A stretch of 64,000 nt of DNA from Octopus vulgaris (taxonomy: Eukaryota): assembly GCA_951406725.2 (NCBI GenBank), contig OX597826.1, positions 48,298,001 to 48,362,000 of the forward strand. The letters are read 5' to 3'. A program made the position numbers and the translations under genes. Below are positions 53,641 to 64,000 of the stretch, one piece after another; positions within the stretch are counted from its first letter, which is position 1, and each line of letters starts with the position of its first letter. The notes under the pieces were generated by a model. The model saw only the letters and a program-made list of their open reading frames with translations, did not search any database and was not told the DNA's origin.

Positions 53641-55120
53641 TCACTTTTGCTCCCCAGTACATGGCTGGTATTTATTTTATTGCTACCAGTGGGATGAAAG
53701 ACAATATTAACCTTCAAGGGTTTGAACTCAGGAGGAAAAGAGTCATAGCTATATATTACACAGTATTTTGGTTGATATTAACCCACTGTTAACCCCATAC
53801 TTCTGCTAACCCATTACCCTTCATCGACCTAAAAGTACAGAAAAGCCGACCATCACTCATGAGCAGGTAGGATTTGGTAACATGTATTAAACTTTTTCTA
53901 TTTTTTTCTAAAAGTGCCGTGTAGTTGCATTCAGACATAGATGCCTTCTTGGCCCTCCTAACTTTGATGTACCTGAACATCCACAATATGACTCCTGGAG
54001 AGGGAGAGAAAGTGAGTGGGGAGGGAGAGAGAAGCTACACCAACTCCAGACAGGTACTCATTAACAGTTAAATAGACTTTAGCTATGGGAAATGAAGTGG
54101 CTTGCTTAAGGATGTCCCATACACTCCCCAATCCAGGAATTGAACCCAAGCCTAATGATCACAAGCCAAACACCGACCACTAAGCTACATACCTTTGCCA
54201 GAGCTAATATTACAATCTTCTAATTTATGGAAGTCATGTAATAAATGTACATATTTCCTGAATATTTTATAAGTGTAATTATTAATTACTCCACCAAAGG
54301 CAATGTACTGGCAGAATCATTAGCATGCCTGACACAATGCTTTGTGGCATTTCTTACAGCTCTTTACATTCTGAGTTCAAATTTCATTGAGGTTGACTTT
54401 GCCTTTCCTCATTTCAGAATCGATAAAAATACATACTAATCAAGCACTGAGATTGGTGTAATTAACTAGACCAATCCCTTAAAAACATTTAGGCCTTGTA
54501 AAGAAGTAATCACGCTATTATTTCAGGTAATTAACCATTAGTTCATACATCCATTTTTGCCGCCTGTTATACCAGAGATGGTCATTGGGGACAGAATTTT
54601 AAGGCATCTCCACCATAGGGTCCTATCAGAAGCAACCATCATCATGGTCGAAATTTTGGATCACACGTTAATTTCTTTTGTGTACCAGTTGTGAAAGAAT
54701 TAATCATTCCATTGTTTTAGGTAATTAACCTTTGGTTAATCCATCCATTTTTGCCACCTGCCATACTTAGAGTGTCATTAGGGATAGAGTCCCCAGGCAC
54801 CTCTACCACAGGGTCCTATTAGAAGCAACCACCATCAAACTTTACTGTTGCATTACTGAGTGTAAGTAACTTAGACAATGTATATCATCCAACCATCTTA
54901 CTCAAGGACTGTATTTTGGATCACACATTCATCTCGTTTGAGGACAAGTTATAAACAATGTGTGTACATGCATGCACACATATAAGCATATTTTAACAGG
55001 AAATAATATTTATAATAATATTAATAATAATAATAATAATAATAATAACAATAATAATAATGATAATTATAACATCGAAAAATGCCTTAGGAATGAGAAA
55101 CCAGGTTCAAAATTTCCCCA

Positions 55121-55168
55121 AGACCCCTGAAGAAGGCTGTGGGGGTATATCAGCCGAAACATTGTGTT
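55121..55168 (+). ncRNA. Minimal hammerhead ribozyme-like motif in a ~160-bp element (55067-55230) flanked by (TAA)n
   Basis: GACCC-CTGAAGA-A-GGCTG(11 nt)CAGCC-GAAA-CATT^GTGTT; helix I has one mismatch; ACAT is probably CpG-decayed ACGT. Confidence 0.65.
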
Positions 55169-55437
55169 AACAACAAACAAGATGAGGACAAATATCGTCG
55201 AATGTAAATAATGTAAATAATGTAAATAATGATAATGATTATTGTGGTGGTAGTGGTAGTGGTGATGGTGGTGGTGGTGGTGGTGGTGCTGCTGCTGCTG
55301 CTGGTGATGATGATGTTGATGACGATGATAGCAAACAAAGAGCAGGAGGAGAAGTGGAAGAGGAGAAAGAAGAAGAAAAAGAAAAAAAAGATGAGGAACA
55401 AAAGAAGTGTGTGTATGTATACATATATGCATATGTA

Positions 55438-55482
<45 letters not shown>

Positions 55483-56111
55483 CTTATAAAATAACTTATA
55501 AAATAAAATAAAATAAAATTATGAATTAACCCCGAAAATTGGGACCAATACGGTAATAACAGATTTTTTTAGAAATTTCTATCGGCTTGTTTCGAGACGC
55601 ATAAATTATAATGGTTATTGACAATTTTGTCTTTTTTCGGCATATTTGGCATTAGAATTTTTCTTTTGCCCTTATTTTATAAGTTATTTATAAATTTAAC
55701 CTTTAAAGGTATTTTTTGATATGCTGGCCATTGGTAAAATTTTTTTTTTTCGGAAAAAATTTTATCCTACATTAGATATATAAACATATATCCACATATG
55801 CTTGTGTGTGTGTGTGTGTGTGTGTCTATGTGTCTATGCATCTGTATCATTGTATCATTGTTTGTCCCCACCATTTGATAACCAGTGATGGTTTGCTTAC
55901 ATCTGCATAACTTAGCAGTCGAGCAAAAAGAGACCAATGGAGCAACTACCAGATGTAAAAGAACTAGGATCAATTTGTTTGACTAAAAACCCTTCAAGGC
56001 AGTGCTCCAGCATGGCCACAATCAAAAAGACTGAAAATGAGATAAACAGTGCTTCTATGATCTTATCACCAATATTCTGTTCCACTGAATCAGGTTAAGA
56101 CATTCTTATAT

Positions 56112-56640
<529 letters not shown>

Positions 56641-57042
56641 TTAAAAATTAAAGTTAAAATCCAAGGATCAAGATGTAGGAAGTTAGTAAGCATCAAGCAG
56701 TCAGTAGAAGGAATAAAAAAAGCAACTTTCAGGAACAATAGTGATTTATTGCAGAACACAGAACATAGAGGAAGAGAGTATCAATGACTAGATCTTTTAT
56801 CTTTAGCTTGTTTCAGTCATTAGATTGTGGCCATGCTGGGGCATCGTCTTGAAGAAATTTAAACAAAAATCGACTCTAGAAGCTGGGTGCTTTTTTTCAA
56901 GCCTGGTTCTTATCTTATGGGCCACTTTTGCTGAAATGCTAAATTACTGGGATGTAAACAAACCAACATCAGTTGTCAAGTGGTTGTAGTGACAAACATT
57001 CACACACACACACACACACATATACATATATATGTGTGTGTG

Positions 57043-57076
<34 letters not shown>

Positions 57077-57080
<4 letters not shown>

Positions 57081-57162
57081 GAGTGAATGAAAAGTTTTAA
57101 GTCTTGATGTCTAGTACTATGTTTTGTTTTCTTGAGGTTCAAGACTTTTCATACACCCCTCG
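57077..57162. mobile_element. 86-bp mariner-derived MITE
   Basis: TIRs TGAGGAGTGAATGAAAAGT / ACTTTTCATACACCCCTCG, TA flanks. Confidence 0.75.
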
Positions 57163-57164
57163 TA

Positions 57165-57197
57165 TATCATCATCATCATCATCATCATCATCACCAC

Positions 57198-57239
<42 letters not shown>

Positions 57240-57422
57240 TATCATCATCATCGTCATCATCATCATCAACATTTGATGTTTCTTCTCCATGCTGGCAAGG
57301 ACTGGCAGGAACTGGCAAGGCCAGAGGCCACACCAAGTTCCATAGTCTGTTTTGGCTAGGATTCTATAGCTGGATGCCCTTCCTAACACCAACCATTTTA
57401 CAGAGTGCACTGGGCTCTTTTC
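57165..57422 (-). mobile_element. RTE 3'-end fragment with expanded (TCA)n tail
   Basis: GGATGCCCTTCCTAACACCAACC motif, preceded on + by a long ATC run. Confidence 0.7.
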
Positions 57423-58324
57423 ATATATATATGTATATATAAAAATAATATGTATATATATATGCATATATACATATATATATATGTACATACCTACATA
57501 TATATGTTTATACACATACATATATGGGTACAGGATGCCAAAAAATGTGATCAACATGAAAAATGAGAACAGGAAAAACAAAAACATGGAAAACGAACTT
57601 TTTTCAAACAGTGAAAGAAACAAACAGAGAAACAAGACAGGTGACATAAAGAACAATCCCTTCATCAGTTGTCCCCTGTTTTATTTACTACGCATTTTGA
57701 ACGCTTGGGACAATATATATAATTCTACTAATCTTTTATTTACCAGTACTGTTCTTCTATCAACACCACTACATATAGCATTCCATTACACCAACATTAG
57801 CAACACCAACACCAACACAACCACCAGTGCAACCACTGCTAATACCAACACCACCATCAGCAATGTTGTCACAAATGCATCCACCAAAAAACCACCACCG
57901 TCAATACCATCACCACAAAACCAACACCACCACTAAAACTAGCTTCAACACAAGGGCCCCCACCACCACCACCACCACCACCACCACCAACGACAACAAC
58001 ACACCCAACACCATCACCAGCATGACCACTAGCCATCCAAGAATTTGGACCTGGAGATCTCCATTTCCAGCGACTTCGAGGGCCACCTCTCAGTGGTGTC
58101 AGGCGTCAACGAAGAGCCCTCGACTACAACAAGACAACAACAACAACCAACGGCAACAATACACCCAACACCATCTCCGGCATGACCACTAACACCGACT
58201 CACTACACCATCAACATCACATCAAACACTACCACCATCACCACCTCACTAGTACTACCACTACCTCAATGCTAATACTGCCGTCACCGCTACTTACACT
58301 ACCTCTGCAATCAATACCACCAGC

Positions 58325-58620
58325 ACCACCATCACTGCAACCACCACCACTACCATCATCGTTGACACAACCATTGTCAACACCACCACCATCACTGCCG
58401 CCACCACCACCACCATCATCGTTGACACAACCATCGTCACCACCACCACCATCATCGTTGACACAACCATCGTCAACACCACCACCATCACTGCCACCAC
58501 CACCACCACCACCATCATCGTTGACACAACCATCGTCAACACCACCACCATCACTGCCACTACCACCACCACCATCATCGTTGACACAACCATCGTCAAC
58601 ACCACCACCACCACCACCAC
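58325..58620. repeat. ~51-bp minisatellite within an (ACC)n tract
   Basis: CCATCATCGTTGACACAACCATCGTCAACACC unit, 5 copies. Confidence 0.85.
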
Positions 58621-58663
58621 CACCACTACCGCTACCACCGCCGCCACCACCATCACCGTCACC

Positions 58664-58695
<32 letters not shown>

Positions 58696-60299
58696 CAACT
58701 GCCACTGTTTCATAATGAGAAGGCATATTTTATTAGCCAAAGTAGAACCCCTCCCATTAAATCTGCATTTGATTTACAACAGACATTGCAACAACAACAA
58801 CAATAGCAACAACAACAACAGCAACCAAAACTTCTAATCAATCTTAAAATTACTCCTGCCTTAATTAATTACCAATTAAACATTACATAAAATTATATAT
58901 GCCTTTCGAAAATGACATGCATGGAGTATTTTGGGTTTACTTATTGATGGAGCTCTTGTCGGTGGTGGTGTTGTTGTTGTTGTTGTTGTTGTAGATGTTG
59001 TTAATTGCTGTTGTTAATTATGATGATGGAAGTACTGGGTGTGCATGGGATTTGTTTTTGTTTGTTTATTTTGTTGTTTGTTTTGTTTTGTACTTTTTGC
59101 ATGTTCTACACGTAATTTCATTGTTTGTACATCGCAGCCATAAATCACCTTTGTCTCACAGTAATTAGAGTAATATACAGAGAGAGTGGTGGTGGTGGTG
59201 GTGGTGGTGGTGGTGGTGGTGGTAATGGTGGTGGTGGTTATAGTCGTGGTAGTGGTGGTAGTAGTGGAAGTGGTGGTTATAGTGGTGGCAGTGGTCGTGG
59301 TGGTGGTTGCAGTGATGGTGGTTGTTGTTGTGGTGGTGGTGGTGGTAGTGGATGTATTGATGTGGGTGGAGAAGATAACAGGCAATACAGAGGTGGTGGT
59401 AGCTGTGGTAGTGGTGATGGTGGTGATGGTGGTGGTGGTGGTAGTAATGGTGATGGGGGATGATGTGACATAGACAGCACAACAATGCAAATATGGTAGT
59501 GATGGTGGTGGTGGTGGTAGTGGTGGTGGTGGTGGTGGTGGTGGTGGTGGTGGTGGTGGTGGTTGCAGTGGTGGTGGTGGTGGTGGTGGTGGTGGTAGTT
59601 GCAGTGGTGGTGGTGGTGGTGGTGGTAGTTGCAGTGGTGGTGGTGGTGGTGGTGGTGGTGGTGGTGGCGGTTGTAATAGTGATGGGGGACAAGATGACAT
59701 AGACAGCACAACAATACAGAGATGGTAGTGATGATGGTGGTGGTGGTGGTGGTGGTAGTGGTGGTGGTAGTGGTAGCGCAGTGGCAATTGCAAGGAGTGG
59801 GAGTGGCGGGGGAGCGGGGTCAATACTACATGTTTTAGAAAACAATGTTACATGAGTAGGTACATCTATTTGCGTTTACCTCTGACTCGTTCATCACTGA
59901 TCTGTGATACTGCAGCATGCTCAGTTGTGAACCGCGTTACTTTTACCAAAAATTGATCTGTGATAACAAGGGTCTGCGATCAGTGAAAGATTCTACTTGG
60001 TCAGCAAAAATGCCCCCCAACAATTATCCACAATGCTCAATTACACAGAAGGAATTGATTATTGCTTATGTTTACATCACTCTGCTGTGTAGCTGTGTAT
60101 TTTTGATACAGATTTACTTACAGCTATCCATCCACATGCTACCAGTGAACAAAAATACGAAACTATCCAATTCTGACAAATGACACTATACGTTATTAAA
60201 TTTTACATTAAATATTATCTCAATCATGAAACAATATCATTATGTGATTTATGAAACAGTTTTGAGGTGTTATTTGGTTAAGTTAAGTGGATAACTTAC

Positions 60300-61026
60300 T
60301 TGGGACCTCAGAATGAAGCCCTTCATTTTCCACCAGCCCTGTAGGCCAGATTTAGCACCTTCAGACTTCCATGAAAATACAGCTCAAACATTGTTGTTTT
60401 AACACCATGAGAACCATACGAGTGAGATTGGGGCCTGAGCAACAAGCTGGCCTCCGAGCCGATGGCACGTTAAAAACACCATTTGAGCGTGATTGTTACC
60501 TGCGTCGCCTACTAACACTTGTGCTAGTGGCACGTGAAAAAACATTTGAGCGAGGTCGTTGCCAGTGCTGCTGGACTGGCTACTGTGCAGGTGGCACATA
60601 AAAAGCACCATTTGAGCGTGGCCATTGCCAGTACCGCCTGACTGGCCCTTGTGCCAGTAGCGCGTAAAAACACCCACTACACTCTCGGAGTGGTTGGCAT
60701 TAGGAAAGGCATCCAGCTGTAGAAACTCTGCCAGATCAGATTGGAGTGTGGTGCAGCCATCTGGTTCACCAGACCTCAGTCAAATCGTCCAACCCATGCT
60801 AGCATGGAAACGGTCGTTAAACGACGATGATGATGATGTTGAGATCCAGAGCTAATCGAAGAATGTCCTCAACTTGCTTTCAGAAAACGACTTCCAGGCT
60901 GAATTCCAAAAGTGGCAGGAATTCTGGGACTGGTGTATTGCTGTGTAAACTGACTATTTCGAAGAAGAGGATGTTAAAACTTGGGTAAACAAGCTATTTT
61001 TTTATTAAACATAACTAGTCCTGGAA
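60300..61026 (+). mobile_element. Mariner relic 3' part, split by an RTE insertion
   Basis: HQPCRPDLAPSDFH (60331-60372), LKHCCFNT | insertion | EIQ...FQKWQEFWDWCI...DYFEE, then a TIR-like end and TA. Confidence 0.8.
60407..60838 (+). mobile_element. RTE 3' UTR fragment inserted in a mariner relic
   Basis: GGCACGTAAAAAGCACC-type modules and the RTE terminus; interrupts the mariner reading frame. Confidence 0.82.
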
Positions 61027-61793
61027 TATTTTGACACCACCATGTATTCTTTTTATTGTTTTGTCTCTGATATATTTAACACAAAGTTGTTTTGGAACCA
61101 AACACCTGTGATAAACAAAGATAAGTAAACACGATGGAGCTTGAGTCAGTGTTGATGATTGAGGTTCCACTTGCTTGATCAAGAGAACAAGCTACCACAA
61201 TACAAATGAGTGAGGCTTTCATTAAGAGAATGATTCTAAAAGGAATAATGGCACCTAATATATTCTACAGCCATTGACTATCATGGGCCACCATGCCAAA
61301 GCCTGAAGATTCTGCGTTTTTTTTGGAAAGTTATGAGTGTAGTTTCCTGAAGTCCCCTTTATACCAGAGAACCAGTGAATCATGCGTGTCATGAATATAA
61401 ATCATCTAATGAGAGGAGACCCTCTCTGGTGATGAAAAACAACAGCAATCAGATATTGCAGTTCAAATCTGTCAGAATGCATTAAGAATACTTTCTACTG
61501 TAAGCACAAGACGTGATATTTTGTGGGAGAGTGTTAGTCAATTACATTGACCTCAGTACTCAATTAGTAATTATTTTATCGACCCCCACAAAAAGATGAA
61601 AGGCAAAGTCAACCTCAGTGGAATTTGAACTCAGAATGTAAAGCTGGAAGAAATGCCACTGAGCATTTTGTTCAGAGTGGTAATGATTTCACCAGCTCAC
61701 TACCTTAGGACATCTTAAGAGGGAATAGATATGTTATCATTTGGAGTCTCCCTAATGTACATGCATCCTATGAAGTATTGTCTGTTTGGCAGA

Positions 61794-61826
<33 letters not shown>

Positions 61827-62988
61827 GACCATCATCCTCATGAATATTTTTTGTTCACTGATTCCTATAAACAAGAGCTCATGTTCTTGTTAGATTCATC
61901 AGTCTAGCAAGGTAGCCTCAACCGAGAAAACATACAACAAAATCGAAACATCATGGTATCTCAAAGTCCCCTTACACTGGGAAACTGGTGAATCATGTGT
62001 GTAATGCACACACATTGCTTAAAGGGAGGTGTTCTCTGATGAGGAAAAACAACAATAGTCAAATATTTATGTTTCAGTCTGCCAGAATGTATTGAGAATG
62101 AATAGATACATTATTGATTGCATTCTCACTGTTCTGTATGCACCCCAGGAATTATTCTCTATTAGTTTATTTACTGCTTAGTCTTTTAGTCCTCTGCTCT
62201 CCCAAGATTACTCTTAAGGTAGAGGGCCTATTTAACCTTTAGGTAGAGGCACTAGTTCATGTGACATCAGGGCATATCCACACACTTGTGAGCCTGTGTA
62301 ATACATGCCTAGGTCCCAGGCCTCCCCACGAGTCCTGTATATCTTAGCCAAAGGATCATCTGCAATTTAACTAAGTTAGAGCCAGAGTAAATCTGGGGGT
62401 AATGGTGACTAACATCAGACTCCTTAAAACTTCCAGATCTTCTGAGATGAAGCCATATCACTAGATTCTGTATAATATTTGGCCCTAGACAATAATTAGC
62501 AGCACTACCACACGTTTTCTGCAACCCAGTTTGATGTACTATCAATTACACCAAAGTAACCCTCCATTTTTCTTCCATCAAATTAAAGGCTTTAAACTTA
62601 CTAGTGAAAGTGAGAAGACAAATGCAGAAACAACAAGAAGTATGTATATAAGTACTGCGATAGGTTAATGTCATGTTGATATAAACTGTATAAGTGAGAT
62701 TGCAGAAACAGCAGAACTTGTCTCCAAACACCAGAAGAGCAATAAATTTATTCTTTATTCATTAGTTTCTGTATCTACAGAGCTCTTGTCTAGTGGAATT
62801 ATACTAAACAGCTGTCATTAAGTGCAGAAAAATTTACCGCCTAAATTGTCAGCTGAGTCCATAGTGAGGACAACACTCTAGTATTCTTTATGTATGTATT
62901 TATTAACTTGTTCATAATATCGTATTTGAAATCATCATCATTGCCATTGTCAACGTCATCATTGTCATCGCCGTCATCGCCGTCATCG

Positions 62989-63023
<35 letters not shown>

Positions 63024-63190
63024 GCCGTCATCATTGTCATTATCGTCACCATCACCATCACCACCATCATCATCACCATCATCATCATCATTATCGTCAT
63101 TGTCATCGTCATCATCACCGTCATCTTATCATCATCATTCTTCTCATTATCGGCAGTAGTGGCAGCTTCATCATTATCTTCACAATCATT

Positions 63191-63223
<33 letters not shown>

Positions 63224-64000
63224 TCATCATCATCATCGTAAGTCATCATCATCATCGTCATTGTTGTCTTTTAATCAGCACTGCCATCATCATCATCATC
63301 ATCAACATCATTGTCATCATCATCATCATCAACATCATCAACAACAACAACAACAGCTGCATTATTGTTATCATCTCTTTATTATCATCACCATCATAAT
63401 TATAATTGTTCACATCGCCTTCATAATCATCATCATCATCATCATGACCATCATCCTCATCAATATTCTATACAATAAAAGAATTTGATTAGCAGAAACA
63501 CATGCAATTAAAATAGAATTTGGTGACAGTTTGTCATTCTTCAAATCTTTTGTTTGACAAACAAAACTAATGTAGTGTGTGTGTATGTGTGTGTGTGTGT
63601 GTGTGTGCGTGTGTGTGTGTTGTGTGTGTGAGTGAGTGTGTGTTTTATTCATGTATATGTGTGTGGATGTGTGTGTGCTTGTGCACCTGTGTGTATATAT
63701 ATATATCCATGTGTGTACATGAATTTGTGCATGTCTGAGCATGTTCACATAAATATGTGCATGTTTGTGTGTATATATATGTAGGCATGTAAGAATGGTC
63801 TTTGATCACCATGTAGCATAATAGAAAGATTCCAGCTAGAAACATCGGTAAACTATTTAGATTTCTGTTCAAACTACTGATATTCTAGTCTTCGTCTATG
63901 TATATCAGGGTAAGGTGGTTCTTGGAGCTTAGACTAAGTATCACACAGCATCATTTTTAAATTCAACATTATATAACTGAACATTATTTACATTATTTAC

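Noticed and set aside
58182-58715. Proline-rich extensin/formin-like ORF
   Set aside because: Explained by the (ACC)n-derived minisatellite; open frames on both strands

Overview
Eukaryotic, AT-rich, microsatellite-saturated non-coding DNA (intron or intergenic). The repeat families suggest a coleoid cephalopod, most likely Octopus; this is inferred from recall and was not searched. No host protein-coding gene is supported. Nearly all ORFs in the track are translations of (TA)n, (CA)n, (GAT)n or (ACC)n. The only near-intact coding unit is a young, 5'-truncated RTE-clade LINE (40948-44500): APE endonuclease plus RT, a PHD-type zinc finger inside the RT, and one frameshift. The rest is layered transposon debris: three or more tRNA-derived SINE families, many RTE 3' fragments with (GAT)n tails, mariner/Tc1 relics and MITEs, a piggyBac-type MITE, non-autonomous Helitrons and decayed Penelope-like (PLE) RT and GIY-YIG fragments. 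The best second-look items are: (i) several unrelated short elements embedded in microsatellites that carry minimal hammerhead-ribozyme cores, (ii) a ~1.14 kb local inversion readable from its two breakpoints, (iii) the PHD finger inside the RT, (iv) a 33-nt candidate exon with near-perfect splice signals, and (v) head/tail shuffling among SINEs. I cannot claim a wholly new system from the sequence alone. Boundaries of degenerate repeats are approximate.
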